A DNA stretch of 34,602 nt from positions 1 through 34,602 of the forward strand of contig DATFCB010000311.1 in assembly GCA_035253525.1 (NCBI GenBank). The letters are read 5' to 3'. Shown piece after piece: positions 27,228 to 34,602 of this stretch. Source of the stretch: Pyrinomonadaceae bacterium (GTDB lineage: Bacteria > Acidobacteriota > Blastocatellia > Pyrinomonadales > Pyrinomonadaceae). The notes below the pieces were generated by a model. It did not search any database, was not told the DNA's origin, and worked only from the letters and a program-made list of their open reading frames with translations. The position numbers and the translations under genes were made by a program. Position 1 is the stretch's first letter. Every line of letters begins with the position of its first letter.

Positions 27228-27728
27228 ATGGCTAAGAGTGGGTATAAGGGCATCAGCCGGATTGATTGCCCGGAGCGAAAGACTGTCGGCTGGTACGTGC
27301 GGGTCAGGCTGAAGAACGTCACGAAATCGAAATTCGTCTCAGACAAGGCGCACGGCGGGAGGGAGGCCGCGCTCGAAAAAGCAGTCGAGTGCCGCAACCA
27401 GATGGAGAAGGAGTTGGGCAAGCCGCGCACGGACTGGGTCGTCGTCGGCGAGAACCCGCGCAACAAGAGCGGCATCATCGGCGTACGCCGCGCCGTCAAG
27501 AAGTACACGGGCAAGGACGGGCGTGTCTATTTGAACGAGGTCTACGAAGTCTCCTGGAACGCCGGACGCGAGAAGCGCGGCCGCACCTCTGTCTCCATCA
27601 CCAAGTACGGCGAGGCCGGGGCGTTCCGCCGCGCCTGCGCCATACGCAGGCAGAAGGAGCAGTTGATGTACGGCAACGAGGTCGTCAGCAAGTGGGCGCA
27701 GGCGCTCAGCAAAGTGTGCGCCGCATAA
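27228..27728 (+). CDS. stand-alone tandem AP2-domain DNA-binding protein
   Basis: There are two AP2-like modules. The first is SGYKGISRID...VGWYVRVRLKN..KSKFVSDKAHGGREAALEKAVECRNQ. The second is SGIIGVRRAVKKY...VYEVSWNAG...RTSVSITKYGEAGAFRRACAIRRQKE. Confidence 0.65.
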   Translation: MAKSGYKGISRIDCPERKTVGWYVRVRLKNVTKSKFVSDKAHGGREAALEKAVECRNQMEKELGKPRTDWVVVGENPRNKSGIIGVRRAVKKYTGKDGRVYLNEVYEVSWNAGREKRGRTSVSITKYGEAGAFRRACAIRRQKEQLMYGNEVVSKWAQALSKVCAA

Positions 27729-27773
27729 CATCTCAAGCGAGCCGAGCTTCCAACTTCAAACGCCACCCCGGCG

Positions 27774-27803
27774 GACGCCTTTGCTGGACAAGGCGTCCGC
27801 ATC
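27774..27803 (+). terminator. short hairpin downstream of the AP2 gene
   Basis: GCGGACGCC (27774..27782) pairs with GGCGTCCGC (27795..27803) around a 12-nt loop. There is no U-tract. Confidence 0.3.
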
Positions 27804-27877
27804 CGTGATTGAATCCGCCTGCCCGTCGGGTTTTGTGCCGGAAAGTTCGTTCGACTCTACTGAAGCGGACCAACAAG

Positions 27878-29656
27878 ATGAAAATTTCAACGCCGGGACG
27901 TTTATCCCTTTTCGCCCTGCTCGCCCTAATGATGTTGGCTGCCGCCTGCCAGCAGCAGCCGCAGCCGACGGCAAACGCGCCGCAATCCCAGCAGCAGAAC
28001 GCGCGCGAGCGCGTCGTCGGCGCGCGCGGCGGCTCCATCACCTACAGGCTGACTTCGCCGCCGCAGACCTTGAACTACCTGATGGCGAAAGAAGAGTCTT
28101 CAATCGTCATAGCCTTCTACCTGCTGGGCGGCCGCCTCGTGGAGTTCGACCAGGACCAGCAGAAACACGTTCCGGGGCTGGCGGCCTCATGGAAGTGGGC
28201 CGACGACAAGCGCACGCTCGAAGTAAGCTTGCGCGACGGGCTGAAATTCTCCGACGGTCATCAGCTGACGGCGGACGACGTGGTCTTCACAATGCGCGCA
28301 CTCTACGACGAGCGCACGCAGTCGCCCATCTTCCGCGACACGATGCTGGTCGGAGGCAAGCAAATCGAGACGACCGCCACGGACCCCTTACACCTGCGCA
28401 TGGTCTTCCCGGAGACGGTGGCCGCGCCCGAAGGATATTTGTCGAACGTCGCCGTACTGCCGCGCCACGCCCTCGAAGAAGAGTTCAACAAGGGGACGCT
28501 CAAAGACGCCTGGAGCATCACGTCCGACCCCTCGCGCGTCGTCACGGCGGGCGCTTTCGCGGTCGAAGCCGTCACGCCCGGCGAGCGCGTGCGCCTGAAG
28601 CGCAACCCGAACTACTGGAAGAAGGACGCGGCCGGCAACCAGCTTCCTTACCTGGATGCGCTCGTCATCGAAATGGTCGCCGACCCGAACAACGCCATGG
28701 CGCAGCTTCAGCAGAACGCCATCGACGTAGTTGATCGCGTGCGCCCGTCTGACTACGCCGCTCTCCAAGCACAGCAGGGAAGCGTCCGCGCCTACGACCT
28801 GGGGCCGGGCATGAACACCGATTACATCTGGTTCAACTTGAACGAGGGCGCGCAGAACGGCAAGCCCGCCGTTGACCCGGTCAAGCGCGCGTGGTTCGCG
28901 GACGCGCGCTTCCGCCGCGCCGTCTCCCACGCGATTGACCGCAACTCGATTGCCACGTCGAACCTGCAAGGGCTGGCGACGCCGCTTTACAGCTTCGTCT
29001 CGCCGGGCAACCGCGCGTGGGCCGCAACGGACATCCCGCGCGCCGAATACGATCTGGCGAAGGCGCGCTCTCTCTTGCAGGACGCGGGCTTCACCGTGCG
29101 CGGCACACAGGAAGCGCCGGAGCTTTTCGACTCGAAAGGCAACCGGGTCGAGTTCACCTTGATCGTGCCCGTTGAGAACCAGCCGCGCGTTGACATGGCG
29201 ACGGTGATTCAGGAAGACCTCTCGAAGCTGGGCATCAAGATGCAGCCCGCGCCGATAGAGTTTCAGGCGCTGACGGCGCGCTGGTCGCAGTCTTACGACT
29301 ACGACGCTGTGTTGCTCGGCCTCTCCGTCTCTGACCCGGACCCGTCCTCTTACACCAACTTCCTGCAAAGCCGCAGCGGGAATCATCAGTGGGCTCCAAA
29401 GCAACAGAAGCCCGCGACCGAGTGGGAGGCGCGCGTGGATCAACTGGACACGGAGCAGGCGCGCGAGCTGGACCCGGCGCGCCGCAAAGCGCACTTCAAC
29501 GAAATCCAGGCAATCATCGCCGAGCAACTGCCCATCATCCCCATCGTCGCGCGCCACATCACCGCCGCCGCCAACACGCGCATCGGCAACTACCGCCCCG
29601 GCACGATTCTTCCGTATTCATTGTGGAACGTCGAAGAACTTTTTATAAGGCAGTAA
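27878..29656 (+). CDS. ABC transporter substrate-binding lipoprotein, family 5 (peptide/nickel)
   Basis: MKISTPGRLSLFALLALMMLAAAC lipobox. The SBP_bac_5-type core includes GGSITYRL, KFSDGHQLTADDVVFT, LKRNPNYW and LPYLD. I preferred ATG 27878 over the track start at 27809. Confidence 0.87.
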   Translation: MKISTPGRLSLFALLALMMLAAACQQQPQPTANAPQSQQQNARERVVGARGGSITYRLTSPPQTLNYLMAKEESSIVIAFYLLGGRLVEFDQDQQKHVPGLAASWKWADDKRTLEVSLRDGLKFSDGHQLTADDVVFTMRALYDERTQSPIFRDTMLVGGKQIETTATDPLHLRMVFPETVAAPEGYLSNVAVLPRHALEEEFNKGTLKDAWSITSDPSRVVTAGAFAVEAVTPGERVRLKRNPNYWKKDAAGNQLPYLDALVIEMVADPNNAMAQLQQNAIDVVDRVRPSDYAALQAQQGSVRAYDLGPGMNTDYIWFNLNEGAQNGKPAVDPVKRAWFADARFRRAVSHAIDRNSIATSNLQGLATPLYSFVSPGNRAWAATDIPRAEYDLAKARSLLQDAGFTVRGTQEAPELFDSKGNRVEFTLIVPVENQPRVDMATVIQEDLSKLGIKMQPAPIEFQALTARWSQSYDYDAVLLGLSVSDPDPSSYTNFLQSRSGNHQWAPKQQKPATEWEARVDQLDTEQARELDPARRKAHFNEIQAIIAEQLPIIPIVARHITAAANTRIGNYRPGTILPYSLWNVEELFIRQ

Positions 29657-29893
29657 GAAGGAATAAGGTACAAGGTAAAAGGCAAAAGTGAGGCGGAGAA
29701 CCACTGTTATTATATCGTTTTGCAATTGAGTGTAGCCTCAAGAAAACATCTCACGCAAAGACGCAAAGAAGACAGTGCGTCTTTTCTTTGCGCCTTTGCG
29801 CCTCCAGCGTGAGATTTCCTATGAATCACACTCAATTGCAAGTGGCTATAAAAAGTGGTGTCCGCCTTATTTACTTTTACCTTTTTCCTTCTT
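29656..29893. repeat. three-layer nested palindrome between convergent genes (includes GCGCAAAG-type element copy C)
   Basis: The outer arms are imperfect and 7-nt periodic: AAGGAAT AAGGTAC AAGGTAA AAGGCAA (29659..) against CTTATTT ACTTTTA CCTTTTT CCTTCTT (..29893). The middle arms are a perfect 14 bp, 29720..29733 TTGCAATTGAGTGT with 29828..29841. The inner element 29749..29814 reads TCTCACGCAAAGACGCAAAGAAGAC...CTTTGCGCCTTTGCGCCTCCAGCGTGAGA. Confidence 0.85.
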
Positions 29894-32859
29894 TAGTTGA
29901 CTTGTCTCCACAGCACCAGCATTGAGTGTGCCAGTTGCGCGCGGGTGATGGCGCTCTGTGCCTGGAACTGGCCGTCCTCGGCCGTCATCAGTCCTTTGTC
30001 GAGTGCGACCGCGACGTAGCCGCGCAGGGCGGCCGGGATGGTGTTGGCGTCTTTCACCCAGGCGGGCAGCGTGGACGTGGCCTCTGCCTGGGCTTGCAGG
30101 CCGGCGGCGCGGACCAGTGCGACCGTCGCCGCGAGCCGCGTGGCGAAATCGTCCGGGCGGAAGCGGCTTCCGGGCGCGGCGTCCGGGAAGAGTGGGCCGC
30201 CCGGCGCGTTCTGCACGCTCTCGACGCCGAGCATCGTCTCCCTGTCAGTCACGTCCGTAAAACGCGGCCTGCCCGGCAAATACTGCGGAACCTTCGCGCC
30301 GCGCACGAGCGTCGCGGCCAGTTCCGAGCGCGTGACGCCGAAGCCCGGACGGAAGCGCGGGCCGTAAGGCTTCATGACGTAGGAGCGCAGCACGGCTTGA
30401 ATGTCCGCGCGCGCTTCGGGGCTCAGTCCGTCGAGGTCCGTTAAAGGCGCGTACTCCGCGCGCGTCACCTCGAACACGCCGAGCACGGGCTGTGTCGCGC
30501 CCACGGCCTGCGAGACCTGCAAGCGTAAGAGCGCCCCGGCTGCCTCACGTATCGTGTAGCCCTCGCGCTTGCCCGTCAGCCCAGGACGATTTTCCGTGCT
30601 CGCTTCGCCGAGCCTCGTCCCGCCCGCGTCGTAGACAGAGAGTGTCAGATCGTTCAGGCTCGCGAGCGGACCCCAGGAGGTGCCGATTGAGGCGAGCACG
30701 GCGTCGGCCGGGACGTTGACGTTGACGCTGTAGCTGCCGAGCGGCGAGACGAAGCCGTTAATCTGCTCGGCCGCGTTCGTGACGAAACTGACCTGCCCCT
30801 GGTCGAGCGTCGCGCGCCACACGCCTATGCGCCTCTCGGGGAACGCTGCTTCGAGCACGGCCGCGTGCGCGTTGAGCATCCCTGCGCCGACTTCGTGCTG
30901 GAAGTAACCTGGGAGCGGTGTGGCCGTGCGTTGCAAGATGTCGCGGACTTGCTTCGGCGTGAGCGTCGGATTGGCTTCGAGCATCAAGGCGACTGTGCCG
31001 GCCACCTGCGGGGCGGAGAAACTGGTCCCGCTCGCCGTCGTGTAGAAGGGAAGCTCGGCCGGAGCGAGGCGATTCTTGTCGGCCTCAATCACGCCGAGCG
31101 TCCCGGTCACGCTCGGCGCGGTCGCGCGCAGACTGACCACGTCCACACCCGGCGCGACAATCGTCGGCTTGAAGAGCGCGCTCCCCATGTCGCCGCGCGA
31201 AGAGAAGTCTGCCAACTTCCCGTACTGGTTGGTCGCCCCGACGCTGATGACCCACGGGGCGACGGCGTAAGGATTCAAGGTGTGCTGGCCCGAACCCGTG
31301 TTGCCCGCCGAGAAGACGACGTTGACGCCCCTGTCCGTCAGCATCTTCGTCGCCACGTTGACGGGGTCGTTGGTGTCGAAGACCGTGTTGGCCGAGAAGC
31401 TGCAATTGACGACGCGCACCTTGAGCGACGAGCCGCGGCTCAGTAGATAGTCGAAGCCCGCGAGCACGTAACTGAGATTGAGGTCGCCCGCAGAGAGTCC
31501 GACCAGATTCACGCCGGGCGCGATGCCGTTGTACTTGCCGCCGGAGCGCACGCCGTTGCCGGCGATGAGGCCCGCGACGAACGTCCCGTGACCGTAAGCC
31601 TGGTCCGTGCTCGGCAAGCCCTCCTGGTTGACAGGCTCCACGAAGCCGACCGCCACGCTCTGCGCGTCCGCAAGTTTCACGTTCTGCACGACGCGCCCCG
31701 AAAGGTCCGCGTGCGTCCCGTCAAGCCCCGTGTCGAGCACGGCGACCGTCACGCCGCGGCCCGTCAGGGGTACGCCGACGTTCTTCCTGGTCAGGTCCGC
31801 GTCGCGGCGCACGCGCTCGCCGCCGGCCAACGCGAGATACGGGTCAATCGTCGGCTGCAACGTGCGGTTGCCGTAGATGGAGCGAACCGAAGGCAGGTGC
31901 GAGATGCTGATGACCTGGCTGCGCCGCGCCGTGAGCGCGATGATGGGCAACTCGCGGTAGCGCGTCCCGCCGAGTACGCCTATGTTTCTCAAATCCGCGA
32001 GGTCAGTCTCCGTGGGCTTCTGGTGGTAGACGACGATGGCGTTGATGTTGCTGTCGTCCGTCATCTCGTTCAGGAGGATGGCGAACTCAGGGTCAACGCT
32101 CTGTAGGCCGCGCAGCCCGAACTCCCTGACGCCGTTCGCGGAATTTTCCGCGAAGGTGTCGGCTCCCGTGATCGTGATGCCGTCGGCACCGGTAATCGTG
32201 ATGCCGTCGGCTCCGGTAATCGTGATGCCGCCGGGAGTGACGCGGCGGACCTGGCCGTCCGCGCCCGTAATCGTGATGCCGTCGGCTCCCGTGATGGTGA
32301 TGCCGTCCGCGCCGGTCGCGGTGATGCCGTCGGCGCGACGGACCTGATGATTGTCCGCGCCCGTGGCCGTGATGCCGTCCGCGCCAGTCGCAGTTATTCC
32401 GTCCGCGCCCGTCGCGGTGATGCCGCTCGGCTTGCGTATGACGACGGAGTCGGCCTGATAGCCTGTGCCGTCGGCTCCAGTGATGGTGATGCCGTCAGCG
32501 CCGGTCGCGGTGATTCCGTCGGCTCCAGTGATGGTGATGCCGTCGGCTCCCGTGGCTGTGATGCCGTTGGTCCCTGTGTAGGTGAAGCCGTCGGCCCCGG
32601 TCGCGGTGATACCGTCAGCGCCTGTGGCCGTGATGCCGTCGGCTCCGGTCGCGGTGATGCCGTTCGGGGCGAAGTAGAGGAAGTTATCGGCACCGGTAAT
32701 CGTGATGCCGTTGGTGCCTACGTAGTTGATGCCGTCGGCCCCCGTAATGGTGATGCCGTCCGCGCCCGTGATCGTGATGCCCGCACGCACCGATCCGAGG
32801 CAGAGCAAGAACACCAACGCGAGAGCGGTGGCTTGTCGGGTTCTCTGGGCGATGCTCAT
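29893..32859 (-). CDS. secreted S8 (subtilisin-like) serine protease: signal peptide, octapeptide-repeat array, I9-like propeptide, S8 domain, beta-sandwich, three SLH-like modules
   Basis: The signal peptide is [26 protein letters not shown]. The catalytic motifs are [12 protein letters not shown] (Asp codon 31732..31734), HGTFVAG and [12 protein letters not shown]. The C-terminal SLH-like repeats include FTDVTDRE...[16 protein letters not shown] and [24 protein letters not shown]...[10 protein letters not shown]. The track start at 33000 is a TTG 47 codons upstream of the signal peptide, so I rejected it. Confidence 0.9.
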   Translation of the reverse strand: MSIAQRTRQATALALVFLLCLGSVRAGITITGADGITITGADGINYVGTNGITITGADNFLYFAPNGITATGADGITATGADGITATGADGFTYTGTNGITATGADGITITGADGITATGADGITITGADGTGYQADSVVIRKPSGITATGADGITATGADGITATGADNHQVRRADGITATGADGITITGADGITITGADGQVRRVTPGGITITGADGITITGADGITITGADTFAENSANGVREFGLRGLQSVDPEFAILLNEMTDDSNINAIVVYHQKPTETDLADLRNIGVLGGTRYRELPIIALTARRSQVISISHLPSVRSIYGNRTLQPTIDPYLALAGGERVRRDADLTRKNVGVPLTGRGVTVAVLDTGLDGTHADLSGRVVQNVKLADAQSVAVGFVEPVNQEGLPSTDQAYGHGTFVAGLIAGNGVRSGGKYNGIAPGVNLVGLSAGDLNLSYVLAGFDYLLSRGSSLKVRVVNCSFSANTVFDTNDPVNVATKMLTDRGVNVVFSAGNTGSGQHTLNPYAVAPWVISVGATNQYGKLADFSSRGDMGSALFKPTIVAPGVDVVSLRATAPSVTGTLGVIEADKNRLAPAELPFYTTASGTSFSAPQVAGTVALMLEANPTLTPKQVRDILQRTATPLPGYFQHEVGAGMLNAHAAVLEAAFPERRIGVWRATLDQGQVSFVTNAAEQINGFVSPLGSYSVNVNVPADAVLASIGTSWGPLASLNDLTLSVYDAGGTRLGEASTENRPGLTGKREGYTIREAAGALLRLQVSQAVGATQPVLGVFEVTRAEYAPLTDLDGLSPEARADIQAVLRSYVMKPYGPRFRPGFGVTRSELAATLVRGAKVPQYLPGRPRFTDVTDRETMLGVESVQNAPGGPLFPDAAPGSRFRPDDFATRLAATVALVRAAGLQAQAEATSTLPAWVKDANTIPAALRGYVAVALDKGLMTAEDGQFQAQSAITRAQLAHSMLVLWRQVN
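32158..32781 (-). repeat. 24-nt (8-codon) in-frame tandem repeat array encoding GIT[IA]TGAD units
   Basis: There are 19 canonical [16 protein letters not shown] units and 4 degenerate in-register octads ([32 protein letters not shown]). Two linkers of 15 and 9 aa bring the total to 208 aa. The DNA units resemble GCCGTCGGCTCCGGTAATCGTGAT. Confidence 0.95.
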
Positions 32860-33015
32860 ATTTTTTACGAAAGTCCGCCCTTGACGGGTGGCTTCTAAGT
32901 TTGAACTCGTGGCTGCGGGCTTACTGCCTTTAGCGAGGAAGGGGGTCAGGCACGTGGTCAAGAACTTCGGGCCACGCGAAGCCCCCGATTTTACTCTCAA
33001 ATTGGTTCGCCGCCG

Positions 33016-33059
33016 GTTACATTTCCTTCAGTCGGGTCTTGCATTTTTGTTACATTTCC
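33016..33059 (-). promoter_or_regulatory. 11-nt perfect direct repeat, two copies 33 nt apart; candidate regulator binding sites
   Basis: GTTACATTTCC occurs at 33016..33026 and 33049..33059 (GGAAATGTAAC on the coding strand of the flanking genes). The copies lie between the regulator stop (33068) and the protease start (32859). Confidence 0.4.
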
Positions 33060-33067
33060 GGGCGTCT

Positions 33068-34602
33068 TCACGCTATCAACTCGCGGTAAATCTTCTGCGT
33101 CTCGGCCGCCGGCTCGACACCCAACTCTTTCTTGAGCAGGCGGCGCAAAGTTTCGTACTGCTCGCGAACCGCGTGGCGGTTCCCCTGCCCCGCGTGCGCG
33201 CGCATGATCATGCAGTGCACGTCCTCGCGGTAGGGGTCGTCGCGCAGGATTTCCTGTGCCAATTGTAATGAGCGCGACCAGTCCTCTGTCTTCTGCGCGA
33301 CGGCCGCCAAGGCTTCCAGGAGGCGCAGGTGCTGCTCGCGGTAGTAGGAGCGCGGCTCCTCTATCCAGTCGTCGTAAGAGCCCTGCATGAAGTCGCCGCG
33401 GTAGACGTTGATTGCTGCTTCATACGAAGCGATGCAGCGGTCGAAGTCGCGCGCGCGCCGCGCCGTCTCGCCCTCTGTGACTAAGCGGTCGAACTCCTCA
33501 GTATCTATGAAGTAAGAAAAGTTCGAGTTCAACTGGTAGTCGCCGTCGCGGTAGAGCAGGAAGTTCTGCTTCAAGGGCTGATTGCTGTTGAGCGCTTTTC
33601 GTATGTGCGAGACGGTCGGATGGAAATTCTTTTCGACGGCCTCGAAGTCTGACTCGCCCCAGAAGGTGTCAATGATGGCATCCTTGGAGGCGCGGCGGTG
33701 GCGGCGCGAGGCTATGAAGCAGAGGATGTCGCGCGCGCGCTTGGTCGTCCAGGCGTCGGCCGCGAGCGGCCTCAAGGGGTCGCGGAAAATCTCGACGGGT
33801 CCGAGCATGTTAATCGTCAGGTCCGTCACCGCCTGCGGCGTGACGACCTCGATTGCGCGCGGCGTCTCCAACGTCCCCTTCTGCACGACGCGCCCCGCGC
33901 CGGCCGCCAACTGCTCGCGCACGTCCGCGGGCAGTAGCTCGGCGGCCTCCGGTTGACTGAAGAGCGGCGTGTTGTTGAGGACTTCGCGCTGGAGCCAGTA
34001 CTCGTAGTCGTAGCGCGCCGCCAAATCGAGCGCGCGCCGGAGGTGTTCCAGCATCGCGCCCTCGCGCCCCTCAGCGAAGTCGCAGGCGGCGAGCGCGATT
34101 GAAGCCTGCGCCTCGTAATAGTAGAGCCCGCGCTCGTGGAAATACTGTAGCGCAGGCTCAAGGTCGCGGCGCGCTGACGTGTGATCGTTTTGTGCCAGGA
34201 ACACGCGGCCGCGCGAGAGCATCGCCGTGCGGCCCCCCATCTCGTTGTGTGCGCCCTCGCGTGCCTCGACCAGACGGTCGAGCAGGCCGCGCGCCGCCGC
34301 GAGGTTTCCGAGTTGCAGGTTGAGCACGGCCTGCTCGTCCAGGAGTTCGCAGCGGACCAAATCAATCCCGGCCTCGTCGTAGGCCCGCGCCGCGCGCTCG
34401 TAAAACTCCGAGGCGCGCGCGGCGTCCGCACGCTCGCGGTAGAGGTTGCCGTAAGTCTCGAAGGCTTCGGCGAGCGAGACGACGAGGTTGAACTGCTGGC
34501 AGCATTCGAGCGCGTCTTCGAGATGTTTCTCGCACGACTCTATCTCGCCGCGATAGAGGTAGCAGCGGGCCATGTTGAGGTGCGCGGTCGCCTCCTGCGG
34601 CA
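33068..34602 (-). CDS. TPR / OmpR-type winged-helix / BTAD (SARP-like) transcriptional regulator, N-terminus beyond window end
   Basis: The wHTH reads MLGPVEIFRDPLRPLAADAWTTKRARDILCFIASRRHRRASKDAIIDTFWGE...VSHIRKAL. The BTAD reads YEAAINVYRGDFMQGSYDDWIEEPRSYYREQHLRLLEALA...DPYREDVHCMIMRAHAGQGNRHAVREQYETLRRLLKKELGVEPAAET. The frame stays open upstream of M34573 to the window edge. Confidence 0.85.
   Translation of the reverse strand, partial: PQEATAHLNMARCYLYRGEIESCEKHLEDALECCQQFNLVVSLAEAFETYGNLYRERADAARASEFYERAARAYDEAGIDLVRCELLDEQAVLNLQLGNLAAARGLLDRLVEAREGAHNEMGGRTAMLSRGRVFLAQNDHTSARRDLEPALQYFHERGLYYYEAQASIALAACDFAEGREGAMLEHLRRALDLAARYDYEYWLQREVLNNTPLFSQPEAAELLPADVREQLAAGAGRVVQKGTLETPRAIEVVTPQAVTDLTINMLGPVEIFRDPLRPLAADAWTTKRARDILCFIASRRHRRASKDAIIDTFWGESDFEAVEKNFHPTVSHIRKALNSNQPLKQNFLLYRDGDYQLNSNFSYFIDTEEFDRLVTEGETARRARDFDRCIASYEAAINVYRGDFMQGSYDDWIEEPRSYYREQHLRLLEALAAVAQKTEDWSRSLQLAQEILRDDPYREDVHCMIMRAHAGQGNRHAVREQYETLRRLLKKELGVEPAAETQKIYRELIA

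Noticed and set aside
27809-27877. Upstream-extended starts offered by the ORF track: 27809, 26173, 21973, 24965, 33000, 3142 and 8178
   Set aside because: In each case an internal start sits directly before a signal peptide, lipobox or conserved N-terminus and has a better RBS. The extension also overlaps a neighbouring gene, a hairpin or a terminator.
28388-29557. 389-aa minus-strand ORF, and the 27781..28734 plus-strand alternative-frame ORF
   Set aside because: Both overlap the family-5 SBP gene, which has clear family motifs and a lipobox. Both are Arg-rich shadow frames.
32158-32781. Possible CRISPR array or non-coding satellite, because of the regular 24-nt repeats
   Set aside because: The units are contiguous with no unique spacers. 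They stay in frame within a long ORF flanked by a signal peptide and a protease domain. No cas genes are present.
32036-32898. Plus-strand ORFs encoding repetitive APVIVMPS and GDAVGS-type sequence
   Set aside because: They are mirror images of the 24-nt repeat array on the opposite strand. The minus-strand frame continues into a bona fide S8 protease.

Overview
High-GC, gene-dense bacterial chromosomal segment with about 30 protein genes. The palindromic repeat style suggests an Acidobacteriota-like lineage, at low confidence. I found no rRNA, tRNA, CRISPR array, transposase or integrase.

Gene content, in order:
- a partial tandem universal stress protein
- a yybP-ykoY (Mn2+) riboswitch leading a TerC gene, followed on the same strand by an unknown DUF4388-like gene and a half-size UPF0016 gene
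- a polar amino-acid ABC system (ATPase plus a binding-protein/permease fusion)
- a TPR/sigma54-type activator divergent from a small secreted peptide with a duplicated motif
- CstA, a long K+-independent-type membrane pyrophosphatase, BioY and YjbQ
- an orphan 208-aa protein
- a methyltransferase, a DUF72 protein and an S9-like hydrolase
- YgfZ with a translationally coupled small ORF
- a lipoprotein peroxiredoxin, a family-4-like UDG and a DUF2807 lipoprotein
- a beta-lactamase-fold hydrolase with a CBM48-like tail
- peptide ABC permeases, separated from their family-5 binding protein by a lower-GC islet (DUF433, DUF5694-like, tandem AP2)
- a 988-aa SLH-anchored S8 protease with an N-terminal octapeptide-repeat array
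- a partial TPR-wHTH-BTAD regulator

The non-coding DNA is unusual. Most transcription units end in a large hairpin. One class of eight hairpins has arms built from 7-nt tandem repeats, with a different heptamer at each locus. A second class is a GCGCAAAG-type palindromic element present in three copies. There are also two nested 'Russian-doll' palindromes.

I found no canonical defence, toxin or secretion system. The best candidates for something undescribed are:
- the octapeptide-repeat protease with its SARP-like regulator
- the activator and small-peptide pair
- the unknown gene between two Mn-exporter families behind the riboswitch
- the heptamer-arm hairpin family

All family names come from recognising motifs by eye. 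No searches were run.
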